Part shown: piece after piece, positions 1-10,915 of the stretch
Numbering within the stretch: the first letter of the stretch is position 1
Layout: each line of letters begins with the position of its first letter
NCBI GenBank assembly: GCA_035285125.1
Contig: JAYKHR010000166.1
Location: 1 to 25,946, forward strand
Length of the DNA stretch: 25,946 nt
Source: Candidatus Sericytochromatia bacterium
GTDB taxonomy: Bacteria > Cyanobacteriota > Sericytochromatia > S15B-MN24 > JAQBPE01
Direction: 5' to 3'
Made by a program: the position numbers and the translations under genes
Notes under the pieces: model-generated
Database searches by the model: none
What the model was told of the DNA's origin: nothing
Seen by the model: the letters and a program-made list of their open reading frames with translations, nothing else

Positions 1-103
1 ACTTGTTCTTTTCGAGGCGATCCGGGGTGGTCTTCTTGTTCTTGGTGGTGACGTAGTTGCGCCGCTTGCATTCGTTGCAAGCCAGCGTGATGATGACCCG
101 CAT
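1..103 (-). CDS. rpmG: 50S ribosomal protein L33 (5' part; runs off the window)
   Basis: Not in the ORF track. Reverse complement from ATG at 103 reads [34 protein letters not shown], the L33 pattern with an N-terminal CxxC. Purine-rich RBS (AAGGGAAAGG) at 111-120. Confidence 0.95.
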   Translation of the reverse strand, partial: MRVIITLACNECKRRNYVTTKNKKTTPDRLEKNK

Positions 104-171
104 GGTCGTGCCTTTCCCTTTCGGAAGCGAGAGGTGCCGGGCGCCGGGGGGAGCACACGAGGTGCTCAATC

Positions 172-194
172 AAAAAGGGGGTGTGTCACCCCCT
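172..194 (-). terminator. Intrinsic terminator-like hairpin inside the rpmG leader
   Basis: Minus strand AGGGGGTG-ACA-CACCCCCT followed by TTTT: 8-bp stem, 3-nt loop, U-tract. Confidence 0.6.
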
Positions 195-239
195 GTGAAC
201 CCCAGGTTTTGAGCGCCAGGCGCTGACAAGTGCGCCTTC

Positions 240-269
240 AAGTTATCACACCGCTTGAGCAGGTGTCAA
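240..269 (-). promoter_or_regulatory. sigma70-type promoter for rpmG
   Basis: TTGACA (269-264), 18-nt spacer, TGn-TAACTT extended -10 (245-240). Confidence 0.65.
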
Positions 270-331
270 CGCGATGATCGGCCTGCTTTAAAGCAAATAT
301 AACCTACCGATAGGGGGAAGGTCCTCGCAGG

Positions 332-362
332 AAAGGGCCCCCCGGCGGTGGCCGGGGGGCCC
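332..362 (-). terminator. Terminator hairpin of the atp operon
   Basis: Perfect 12-bp stem GGGCCCCCCGGC/GCCGGGGGGCCC with a 4-nt loop, then TTTCCT, about 30 nt after the atpC stop. Confidence 0.7.
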
Positions 363-390
363 AGACGTGTCAGCGTGGCGAGCGGGAGCC

Positions 391-804
391 TCAGCGCTGC
401 GCGTGCATCCCGAGGATCTCGAAGGCCCGCAGGCGGACGATGGCGCGCTGCAGCGCCAGCTCGGACGTGACGTCGTGCTGGCGGGACAGCTGGGCCTCCG
501 CTCGCTCCTTGGCCGCACGGGCCCGAAGCTCATCGAGCTCTTCGCCACGCTCGGCCACCTCAGCGAGCACGGTCGCCATGTGAGGCTGGACGTTAAGGAA
601 GCCGCCCATGACCGTGAGGACGCCCTGCTCCCCGTTCTCCCGCTTGAAGTGCAGCAGGCCGGGCGCGAGGGTGGTGAACATCGGGATGTGCCCAGGCAGG
701 ACGCCGAGCTCACCAGCAGCGCCCCTCACAGAGAAGAACGACACCGGCTCGCTGAAGACCCGGCGATCGGGCGTGACGACTTCGAGGGTGAAGGTCCGCG
801 CCAT
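391..804 (-). CDS. atpC: F1 ATP synthase epsilon subunit
   Basis: LEVVTPDR...GELGVLPGHIP N-terminal beta domain plus C-terminal helices; follows atpD. Confidence 0.97.
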   Translation of the reverse strand: MARTFTLEVVTPDRRVFSEPVSFFSVRGAAGELGVLPGHIPMFTTLAPGLLHFKRENGEQGVLTVMGGFLNVQPHMATVLAEVAERGEELDELRARAAKERAEAQLSRQHDVTSELALQRAIVRLRAFEILGMHAQR

Positions 805-806
805 GA

Positions 807-3165
<2,359 letters not shown>

Positions 3166-3174
3166 ATCGCCCCC

Positions 3175-4701
3175 CTATGCCTGAGCAGCAGAACCGCTGA
3201 AGGCGGTCTTCTTGAAGGCCTCGATGGCCTCCCGCACGTTGGCGGCGGAGGCGTCGTCGAACACGCCCGTCTCCGTGATGGTCCGCTCGAGCTCGGGGCG
3301 CTGGCTGCCGAGGTAAGCCAGCAGCTCGCTCTTGAAGCGGCCCACATCCGTGACGGCCACGTCATCAAGGAGCCCCGACGTGCCCGAGAAGATCAAGATG
3401 ACCTGCTCGCCAACGGACAGCGGGTTGTACTGGGGCTGCTTGAGCAGCTCCTGCAGGCGCTGACCGCGGTAAAGCTGAGCCTGCGTCGCCTTGTCGAGGT
3501 CGGACGCGAACTGCGAAAAGGCCGCGAGTTCGCGGAACTGGGCCAACTCGAGGCGAAGGCCGCCCATCTTCTTCATCGCCTTGGTCTGCGCGGCGCCGCC
3601 AACGCGGGACACGGAGATGCCGGCATTGACAGCCGGCCGGATGCCGGCATTGAAGAGGTCGGTTTCCAGGAAGATCTGGCCGTCCGTGATCGAGATGACG
3701 TTGGTCGGGATGTAGGCCGAGACGTCGCCCGCCTGCGTCTCGATGATAGGGAGGGCCGTCATGGACCCGGCACCCATCTTGTCGGAGAGCTTGGCGGCGC
3801 GCTCAAGCAGGCGGCTGTGGAGGTAGAAGACGTCGCCGGGGTAGGCCTCACGCCCTGGCGGGCGGCGAAGCAGCAGGGACATCTCGCGGTAAGCCCACGC
3901 CTGGCGGGTCAGGTCGTCGTACACGATGAGCACGTGCTTGCCGTTGTACATGAAGTACTCGCCCATCGCGGCGCCGGAGTAGGGCGCCAGGTAGGACATC
4001 GGAGCCGGCTCGTCGGCGCCTGCGGACACGACGATGGAATACTCCATCGCACCCTTGTCCTCGAGGGCCTTGATGACGCGGGCGACGGTGGACGTCTTTT
4101 GCCCGATCGCCACATAAATGCAGATGACGCCCTTACCCTTCTGGTTGATGATCGTGTCGACGGCGACGGCCGTCTTACCCGTCTGGCGGTCCCCGATGAT
4201 GAGTTCGCGCTGGCCGCGCCCGATGGGGATCAGGGCATCAATGATGGTGATGCCGGTGGCCATGGACTCGTGCACCGACTTGCGGTCGACGATGCCGGGG
4301 GCCGGCCCCTCCACCGGGCGGGACCCAGAGGCGGCAATCGGGCCCTTGCCGTCGATCGGCTGCCCGAGGGGGTTCACGACGCGGCCGAGCAGGGCGTCGC
4401 CCACGGGCACTTCGAGAATGCGGCCCGTGGTCTTCACGGTGTCACCCTCGCGAATCCGCTTGTAGTCGCCGAGGATGACGGCGCCCACGATGTCTTCGTC
4501 GAGGTTCAGCGCGAGGCCGGTCACGCCGCCGCCGAAGTCGAGCATCTCGCCGGCCATGGCCTTCTTGAGGCCGTGGATGCGCGCAATGCCGTCACCCACC
4601 TCGAGCACGGTGCCGGTGTTGGTGACCAGCGACTCGCCTTCGAAGTTCTCGATCTGCTGACGCAAAACGGCGCTGATTTCCGCGGGACTGATGCCGATCA
4701 T
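3175..4701 (-). CDS. atpA: F1 ATP synthase alpha subunit
   Basis: [42 protein letters not shown]. Confidence 0.99.
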   Translation of the reverse strand: MIGISPAEISAVLRQQIENFEGESLVTNTGTVLEVGDGIARIHGLKKAMAGEMLDFGGGVTGLALNLDEDIVGAVILGDYKRIREGDTVKTTGRILEVPVGDALLGRVVNPLGQPIDGKGPIAASGSRPVEGPAPGIVDRKSVHESMATGITIIDALIPIGRGQRELIIGDRQTGKTAVAVDTIINQKGKGVICIYVAIGQKTSTVARVIKALEDKGAMEYSIVVSAGADEPAPMSYLAPYSGAAMGEYFMYNGKHVLIVYDDLTRQAWAYREMSLLLRRPPGREAYPGDVFYLHSRLLERAAKLSDKMGAGSMTALPIIETQAGDVSAYIPTNVISITDGQIFLETDLFNAGIRPAVNAGISVSRVGGAAQTKAMKKMGGLRLELAQFRELAAFSQFASDLDKATQAQLYRGQRLQELLKQPQYNPLSVGEQVILIFSGTSGLLDDVAVTDVGRFKSELLAYLGSQRPELERTITETGVFDDASAANVREAIEAFKKTAFSGSAAQA

Positions 4702-4784
4702 GGGCTCCTCTTTCTCGTTTTTGTCGAAACCGCCAGGCCAGGGGCCGTGCGACGAAATGTCCGGGTGTGTCCGTTAGACTGCGG

Positions 4785-5312
4785 TCAGCTCAGGGAGAGC
4801 CTGAGCGCGTCGAGCCGACCGCGCAGGGAATGGTCGATGACCTGGTCGTCGATCTTCACGACGAGCCCGCCCAGCAGGTCCGGGTCGACCGCCGTGTCCA
4901 TATCGATGGCAAGCCCAAGCTGGCGCTCGAGTTGCTGACGCAGGGCAGCCGACTGGTCATCGGCAAGGGCCTGCGCACTGACCACCTGCACCTGAGCGCG
5001 GCGACGGGTGGCATCCAGCAAGCGGCGGAAGCCGACCTGGAGCTCGCGAACCAGCATCCCACGCTTCTTTTCGAAGAGCAGCAGCAGGGTGTTGAGCGTC
5101 AGGGGGTGCACGCGCCCATCAAACAGGGAACGGGCAGCAGCCTGCTTCTGGCTCACCTTCGAGACGGGGCTCTGCCACAGCTCGGCGAGCGCGGGGTGAT
5201 CCGCAAGCAGGCCCGAGATGGCGGCGAGATCCTCGTCGACGCGGGTGACAACCGCATCGCCTTGCGCCGTGGCGGCCTGAAACAGTGCGTCCGCGTAGCG
5301 GTCCGCGATCAC
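4785..5312 (-). CDS. atpH: F1 ATP synthase delta subunit
   Basis: IADRYADALF start and VDPDLLGGLVVKIDDQVIDHSL end. GTG start overlaps the TGA of atpF (GTGA). Confidence 0.96.
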   Translation of the reverse strand: MIADRYADALFQAATAQGDAVVTRVDEDLAAISGLLADHPALAELWQSPVSKVSQKQAAARSLFDGRVHPLTLNTLLLLFEKKRGMLVRELQVGFRRLLDATRRRAQVQVVSAQALADDQSAALRQQLERQLGLAIDMDTAVDPDLLGGLVVKIDDQVIDHSLRGRLDALRLSLS

Positions 5313-5806
5313 TTGAGTGCTAATGACCCATCCCCCACTTTCTGAATGAGCTCGGAGACGAGCGACCGCTGCCGCTCGGCCGAAACTACGCCACGCATCT
5401 CGCGCGCGGCCCGGTCGAAGGCCTGCTCCAGCAGTGCCCGCCGAAGCTCCTGCACCGCCGCCTGCCGCTCCCGCGCGACCTCATCGCGGGCGGACGCCCG
5501 CAACCGCTCGGCCTCGTCCCGGCCCGCAGCTTCGAGGCGAGACGCTTGCCGGGCGGCAATCTCACGGGCCTCGGCGACGAGTTCGGCGAGCTCGCGATCA
5601 ACGTGCGCGAGCCGCTCGCGCGTCTCCGACAGCGCGACCTCAGCCGCGGTGCGGCCGTCCTCCGCCGAGCGAAGGGCGGACCACGAGGCGTTGGCGCTGT
5701 CTTCGAGGGTCTTGGCGATCACGGGGCCGGCGAACTTCGCCACCACGATGACGAAGAGCAGGAAGTTGACGACGTTGGCAATCGCGTGCCAGTTGGTGAA
5801 TTCCAT
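5309..5806 (-). CDS. atpF: Fo ATP synthase subunit b
   Basis: Start moved to ATG 5806 (MEFTNW...), which has AAGGAGG upstream. Single N-terminal TM helix (VVNFLLFVIVV) then a long Ala/Glu/Arg coiled coil. Confidence 0.93.
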   Translation of the reverse strand: MEFTNWHAIANVVNFLLFVIVVAKFAGPVIAKTLEDSANASWSALRSAEDGRTAAEVALSETRERLAHVDRELAELVAEAREIAARQASRLEAAGRDEAERLRASARDEVARERQAAVQELRRALLEQAFDRAAREMRGVVSAERQRSLVSELIQKVGDGSLALK

Positions 5807-5810
5807 GGGG

Positions 5811-6278
5811 TCAGGCCCCTCCTTGCTGAGCCGAAGCGGCAGCCAGTGACGCAGGCGACGCTTCTCCAAGCACCTTGCGCTGGATCAGGTCGCTGAACCC
5901 ACCAGCCTCTCCGGCCAGGGTGGCGAGCGCCCGGTCGCGCTCATCGCGGATCGTGGCCCGGGCAGCTGACAGCTCGTCAGCCACCTCTGCCTTGACCTGG
6001 CCGAGCAGTTCCTGGCGGTTCACGTCAGCAGCCTTGAGGGCAGCCTGAATCGCGGCCTGGGCCTCAGCCTGGGCGCTCTTGAGGCGAGCCTCGTAGTCAG
6101 CCTGCAGGGCCCGGGCCGCCTCGAGCGAGGCCGAGGTCGCAGCCTGCTGGCTCGCGATGTGCGCCTTGCGCGCCTCCAGGGCCCGGGTCACGGGTCCGAA
6201 GAAGGCGAGGTTCATGCCGATCGCGAAGACCAGGAACATGGCCGTCATGATGGGGAGCGTCAGGTTGATTTCCAGCAT
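5811..6278 (-). CDS. atpF2: Fo ATP synthase subunit b' (second peripheral-stalk subunit)
   Basis: INLTLPIMTAMFLVFAIGMNLAFFGPV resembles the cyanobacterial/plastid b' N-terminus; coiled coil follows; lies between c and b. Confidence 0.9.
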   Translation of the reverse strand: MLEINLTLPIMTAMFLVFAIGMNLAFFGPVTRALEARKAHIASQQAATSASLEAARALQADYEARLKSAQAEAQAAIQAALKAADVNRQELLGQVKAEVADELSAARATIRDERDRALATLAGEAGGFSDLIQRKVLGEASPASLAAASAQQGGA

Positions 6279-6307
6279 GAGCGCGTGTGCTTTCTCTTGG
6301 GTTGTGC

Positions 6308-6380
6308 AGCGGCTACCGGGCAGCCCGGCAGCCGCCAGCAGGCCGGGCCCGGGAGAGAGGGGCGAGCCCCCCCTCCCGGG
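6308..6380 (-). other. Two tandem RNA hairpins between atpE and b'
   Basis: 14-bp stem at 6348-6380 and a 10-13-bp stem at 6308-6336. Both use G-U pairs only when read on the minus (transcribed) strand. No U-tract. Confidence 0.65.
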
Positions 6381-6386
6381 AGGCGA

Positions 6387-6740
<354 letters not shown>

Positions 6741-7610
6741 TCAGTGACCGTGAGAGTGGTCGGCGGCGGCCGCACCGATGTACGACGCCGAGAGCACAGC
6801 GAACACGAAGGCCTGGACAGCCCCGACGAAGAGTTCGAGGGGCAGCAGCACCGCCGGAACGACAAAAAGCGTGAGGGAGAGAAGAACCAGGCCGATCACG
6901 TGCCCGGCCGTCATGTTGGCGAAAAGTCGCAGGGCGAGCGAGAGCGGCCGCGTGACGTCCTCAAGCATCCGAAGCGGGAACAACAGGGCGGGCTTATCGA
7001 ACCAGTGGTGACCCAGAAAGCCCGTGAGGCCGTTGTTGGTGATCCCGAAGTACCAGTACAACACCAGCGTGATCAGCGCGAGGCCAAGCGTGGTGTTGAG
7101 GTCGGCCGTCGGCGCCTCATAGACCAAGCCGTGCGGCATGCCGAGAGCGGCCCCGAGCGAGTGCCCCGCCCAGATCTCCCAGGCCTTCCAAGGCAGCAAC
7201 GAGAGCCAGTTGGCGGCGAGGATGAAGGTGAAGATGGAGCCGATGTACCACAGGTAGGGCGTGGTCGACGGCCCGATGAAGTCGTGAATCATCTTTTGGC
7301 AGAAGCCGACGAGCTCCTCGACCACGGTTCCCACTGCCCCGGAGCGCTCCGTGGGCACGGCATTGACGGAACGACCGAGCGCGCCGAACACCAGCAAGAG
7401 CAAGAGCATCACGACCCCGCCGTAGAGGACGGTGTCCATGTTGACGGTGCCCAGGCCCTCGAGCTTGACCTGCCAGTGCTGGCCGATAGTGAGGCCGCCA
7501 CCGCCGTGCCCGGCGGCATGACCGGCCGCCCCAGCCGCATGGCTGGCGGCGGCGTGGCCGGAGGCCGCGTCGTGCGTGATGTCGGACTGGGCGAGGAGGG
7601 TGGCGTTCAA
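6741..7610 (-). CDS. atpB: Fo ATP synthase subunit a
   Basis: PTADLNTTLGLA, SLALRLFANMTAGH (essential Arg), VQAFVFAVLSASYI. TTG start preceded by GGAG. Confidence 0.97.
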   Translation of the reverse strand: MNATLLAQSDITHDAASGHAAASHAAGAAGHAAGHGGGGLTIGQHWQVKLEGLGTVNMDTVLYGGVVMLLLLLVFGALGRSVNAVPTERSGAVGTVVEELVGFCQKMIHDFIGPSTTPYLWYIGSIFTFILAANWLSLLPWKAWEIWAGHSLGAALGMPHGLVYEAPTADLNTTLGLALITLVLYWYFGITNNGLTGFLGHHWFDKPALLFPLRMLEDVTRPLSLALRLFANMTAGHVIGLVLLSLTLFVVPAVLLPLELFVGAVQAFVFAVLSASYIGAAAADHSHGH

Positions 7611-7640
7611 GGCGTTGGCTCCAGGGGCGGCGGCGAGGGG

Positions 7641-8036
7641 TCAGGCGGTGGTCGGCTGGGCCGATGGCCGGGCCGTGACGACGATCCAGTGTCGGGCGAC
7701 CACCAAGGTGGCCACGCAGGCGAGCCAGGGCTCGCCCAGCAAGTGCCAGCAGGCAGCGGGCACGGCAACGCAGAAAGCCTGCCGCCCTGCGATTGCAACT
7801 GCGAGCAGGCCAGGGGCAGGCACGCGTCCAGCCGCCAGCACCCGCCGGGTTTGGGCCGACAGCAGGCGGAAGTACCCGATGGCCGTGACAGGTCCCAACG
7901 CGGCAGCCACCCCCCAGGCCGGGCCGAGGGCCGCAGCCCCGACCAAGCAGGCGACGGCAGCCATCACCAGAAGGTGCCGATAAAGGCGACCTTCCAGAAG
8001 GCTCAATTCGTCGCGGCGGGGGGAATCAGGGGTCAT
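7641..8036 (-). CDS. atpI: ATP synthase protein I (AtpI-like, about 4 TM helices)
   Basis: Hydrophobic protein directly before atpB. ATG 8036 overlaps the upstream TGA (ATGA). The family call is mainly positional. Confidence 0.7.
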   Translation of the reverse strand: MTPDSPRRDELSLLEGRLYRHLLVMAAVACLVGAAALGPAWGVAAALGPVTAIGYFRLLSAQTRRVLAAGRVPAPGLLAVAIAGRQAFCVAVPAACWHLLGEPWLACVATLVVARHWIVVTARPSAQPTTA

Positions 8037-8230
8037 CGGGGGGGAAACATGGACTTGTAGAGGCTGTACATCCCGGCCCCAAAGCCCAGCAGGCAACCAC
8101 CCAACAGGCCCCAGGGAGCGGTCCCGGCTGCGCGGTCCAGACCGAAGCCGGCAGCCGTGCCGACCAGCAGGGAAACCAGGAGGCCATAGGCGGCGCCGAT
8201 GCCTTGCAAGGCTGCTTCCCCATCACGCAT
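8033..8230 (-). CDS. AtpZ/ATPase gene-1 family small membrane protein
   Basis: From ATG 8230: GxxxGxxLDR..GTAPWGLLGGCLLGFGAGMY, the two-helix pattern of this family; first gene of the operon. Confidence 0.85.
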   Translation of the reverse strand: MRDGEAALQGIGAAYGLLVSLLVGTAAGFGLDRAAGTAPWGLLGGCLLGFGAGMYSLYKSMFPPR

Positions 8231-8253
8231 TCGAGACGGTGCCGAGACGCTTA

Positions 8254-8282
8254 ACCGTATCACGGCCGAGTATTAATCGCAA
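8254..8282 (-). promoter_or_regulatory. sigma70-type promoter of the atp operon
   Basis: TTGCGA (8282-8277), 17 nt, TGn-TACGGT (8259-8254). Confidence 0.55.
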
Positions 8283-8353
8283 GAAAGCGCCGGCCTGCCC
8301 GGGCTCCCCGGCCTGCGTCGGTGACCGCCCTCGTCCCGGAGGTCACCGTGTCC

Positions 8354-8782
8354 TCACGCGCCCTCGACAGCCCCCATCTGGGTGAGTTCCTCGGTGAGGG
8401 CCTTGGCGCATTGCTGCGCCTGCACCTTGACCAGGCCGGTCTTGCTCAGATCAGAGAAGATCACCACCAAGATGTCCTGGGTGGCCAGCGAGTACAGGAA
8501 CACGCTGATGCGGTTGCCCTGCTGAAACATGGCCTCGAACTCGCTCTCGCCGATGAGCTTGGCGACGGCGCGGGTCGACGCGAAGCTGGCGCTGACGAGC
8601 GAGGCGATGGCCGTGGTGTCAAGGCCGCGGATTTCTCCCTCCGTGGCAAGCATCTGACCACTCTTCTCGACCAGCAATGCGGCCGTCGCGTCCACCCCAC
8701 GGACCAGTTCGCCGAGGATCTCGTGAATCCGCGCGACGCCTTCCTCGGTGACGACGACATTGGTCAGAATCTTGTTGAGCAT
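8354..8782 (-). CDS. mglB: Roadblock/LC7 protein of the MglB type (GAP of the MglA GTPase)
   Basis: LLVEKSGQML, LDTTAIASL, AKLIGESEF and ILVVIF...GLVK match recalled Myxococcus MglB motifs; RBS GGAGG. Confidence 0.85.
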   Translation of the reverse strand: MLNKILTNVVVTEEGVARIHEILGELVRGVDATAALLVEKSGQMLATEGEIRGLDTTAIASLVSASFASTRAVAKLIGESEFEAMFQQGNRISVFLYSLATQDILVVIFSDLSKTGLVKVQAQQCAKALTEELTQMGAVEGA

Positions 8783-8876
8783 GCGTCCCCTCCGAGGGTG
8801 TCCGGGGCCAACCGTCCAGCGCGGCCCCCCGGGCTGGAGCCGATCTTAACCGCAATTGGCCCCGGAAGGAAGGGGC

Positions 8877-9539
8877 TCACCAGGCCCCGCGAAAGCGCCA
8901 GGACAGCTCCCCGGTGCCGCTGGTGTGCGCCAGCGTGAGGCGTGCCCAGCGCGCCCCACCCGCCAGCACGGGCACGCGGGTGTCGGGGTGCCGCCACGGG
9001 AACCACAGGCGCACCTCTCCCCACCACATGCCGTCACGGGTGGTCGAGGCCGCCTGCAGCACGGCAGCAGCGAGCGGCTCGAGCCGAAGGCCCTCACTGG
9101 TCTCGAGCGCGAATCGCCACGAGACCGGGTCCAGCACCCGACGGCTGCTAATGAACTGCTCGTCGAAACGCCAGCTGAGATCGATCGGGAAGCGATCCCC
9201 GAGAGGGCCAAACAGCACGGGCCAGCGGTGGGCCAGCAGGTCGGCGGTGGCCGCCTTCCCGAGGCTGTCCACGGCGGCCTGGTGCGAGACCTCCGCAGCT
9301 GCGAGCGCAGGGTCGCGCAGCACCCCCTCGACATGGCCGCCAATGCCCAGCCGGGTCTCGCGCCGCCAGCGTTCGAGCGCGTCGATGTAGGCGTCCGGCC
9401 GGGGCAACTCGGCCACGGCGGGGCGCTCCACTGACCGCGAGGGGGCGACGATCGGCGCGTCAGCCCACCCCGAGTTCGCAGCGCAGCCGGAGCCCAGGGC
9501 CAGGGCTGTCACGACGGTCGCCAGGCCAAGTCGCATCAT
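8877..9539 (-). CDS. Hypothetical lipoprotein
   Basis: 3' part of the 648-aa track ORF. ATG 9539 overlaps the moeB TGA. MMRLGLATVVTALALGSG-C is a lipoprotein signal; Trp-rich beta-like C-terminus. Confidence 0.75.
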   Translation of the reverse strand: MMRLGLATVVTALALGSGCAANSGWADAPIVAPSRSVERPAVAELPRPDAYIDALERWRRETRLGIGGHVEGVLRDPALAAAEVSHQAAVDSLGKAATADLLAHRWPVLFGPLGDRFPIDLSWRFDEQFISSRRVLDPVSWRFALETSEGLRLEPLAAAVLQAASTTRDGMWWGEVRLWFPWRHPDTRVPVLAGGARWARLTLAHTSGTGELSWRFRGAW

Positions 9540-10366
9540 CGCGCGCCTCCCGCAAGCCGGGCCCCCGTGTAGGTGGGTTCCCGGGGGTCGATCGCGCGGA
9601 TCTCGGGGGCCTCCCCGCACAGCGGACAGCCCGGCGAGCGAGGCAGCGACACCGTGTCGACGCCCGCCGCCCACATGTCCAGGACCAGGACCCGGCCCAC
9701 GAGCGCCTGGGCTTGAGCTCCCACGAGCAGCTTGACCACCTCGAGGGCCTGCCAGGCTCCCACCACGCCAGCAGCGGGACCGAGCACCCCCGCCTCGCCG
9801 CAGGCTGGGATGCGGCCGGCCAGAGGGGGCTCCGGGAAAAAGCAGCGGTAGCACGGGCCAGCCTCCAGGAAGGTGGTCACCAGCCCCCCGAAACGCGTCA
9901 GGCCGCCGTGCACGAGCGGCACCCCCGCGAGCCGACAGGCGTCGTTGAGCAAAAACCGCGTCGCGAAGTTGTCGCTCGCATCCACCGCCACATCCACGCC
10001 TACCAGTGCACCGAGCGCCAGCTCCGGCTCGAAGCGTCGGCCCAGCGCCGTGACGCGACAGCCCGGCGAGGCGGCTTCCAGGCGCTCGGCCACGACGGCG
10101 GCCTTGGGCCTGCCGACGTCGGCGGGGGTGAACAGCAGCTGGCGGGGCAGGTTCGAGGCCTCCACCCTGTCCGCATCGAAGACGACGAGGTGGCCGACGC
10201 CCGCGGCGGCGAGGTAGCTCAGGACAGGGTGCCCGAGGCCCCCGGCGCCCACGACCACGACGGTCGCCGCCGCGAGCGCCGCCTGGCCGGAGGTCCCGAT
10301 TTCGGGCAGGGCGAGCTGACGGCTGAATCGCTCCTGTGACGGCTCGTGGCGTTGTTCCCAAGGCAT
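9536..10366 (-). CDS. MoeB/ThiF/HesA family adenylyltransferase (E1-like), no rhodanese domain
   Basis: RFSRQLALPEIG, GAGGLG, SNLPRQ, two CxxC (CYRC, CPLC), CGEAGVLGP. Start is 10366 or 10375. Confidence 0.92.
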   Translation of the reverse strand: MPWEQRHEPSQERFSRQLALPEIGTSGQAALAAATVVVVGAGGLGHPVLSYLAAAGVGHLVVFDADRVEASNLPRQLLFTPADVGRPKAAVVAERLEAASPGCRVTALGRRFEPELALGALVGVDVAVDASDNFATRFLLNDACRLAGVPLVHGGLTRFGGLVTTFLEAGPCYRCFFPEPPLAGRIPACGEAGVLGPAAGVVGAWQALEVVKLLVGAQAQALVGRVLVLDMWAAGVDTVSLPRSPGCPLCGEAPEIRAIDPREPTYTGARLAGGAR

Positions 10367-10373
10367 ATGCCGC

Positions 10374-10415
10374 ATGATACCAGAGTTTCGGGGGAGCCCA
10401 CGGACGTGGTACCAT
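10374..10415. promoter_or_regulatory. Divergent extended -10 promoters (moeB and cNMP-lptD)
   Basis: Minus strand TGG-TATCAT (10379-10374); plus strand TGG-TACCAT (10410-10415). Confidence 0.45.
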
Positions 10416-10443
10416 CCCCATCAACGACCAGGAGGTGCTCAGG

Positions 10444-10914
10444 GTGGACACGCGCGAACTGCGGGAGATCCTCGGCGAAACGGACGTCTTCGCGGGCGTC
10501 CCGGCGGAAGTCCTCGAGGCCCTGCTCGCGGCGGGCACCGTGGAGAGCACGACTTGTGGCACGGCGCTGTTCCACGAGGGCGAACCCGGGCAAGACCTGT
10601 TCCTGGTGCTCAGCGGCGCCATCGAGTTGACGACCTCCGTGCGTCGGGCAGGAGAGCAAAGGCTGGCCCTGCTCGACCGAGGGCAGATCTTCGGCGAGCT
10701 GGCCTGCTTCGACGACCTCCCGCGCTCCGCCACGGCGACGGCCTTCGTGGATGCGGTGGTGTGGCGCCTGCCTGGCCCAGGCCTGGACGTCGTGCTGGAC
10801 CGGACGCCCTCGCTGGCGGCCACGCTGCTGCGGAACCTGGTAAAGAAGGTGAGCCTGCGGCTGCGGGATGCCGATCAGGAGATCCGGGAGCTCCGCGCCG
10901 CCGCCCAGCCCTGA
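10444..10914 (+). CDS. Stand-alone cyclic-nucleotide-binding domain protein (no HTH)
   Basis: LFHEGEPGQDLFLVLSG and GQIFGELACFDDLPRSATATA phosphate-binding cassette. AGGAGG at 10430-10435 favours GTG 10444. Confidence 0.9.
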   Translation: MDTRELREILGETDVFAGVPAEVLEALLAAGTVESTTCGTALFHEGEPGQDLFLVLSGAIELTTSVRRAGEQRLALLDRGQIFGELACFDDLPRSATATAFVDAVVWRLPGPGLDVVLDRTPSLAATLLRNLVKKVSLRLRDADQEIRELRAAAQP

Positions 10915-10915
10915 C

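Noticed and set aside
289..313. sigma28-like TAAA...ACCGATAG pointing antisense into atpC
   Set aside because: The spacer is 13 nt rather than 15, and the site is explained as well by the 11-bp repeat motif.
9536..10366. E1-like gene as part of a ubiquitin-like defence or RiPP system
   Set aside because: No E2, JAB, ubiquitin-like, CD-NTase or precursor peptide nearby; the sequence is ordinary MoeB/ThiF.
8877..10823. 648-aa ORF as one large protein
   Set aside because: Its first two-thirds overlap moeB and the cNMP gene and are low-complexity. Only the part from ATG 9539 has a signal peptide and a coupled start.
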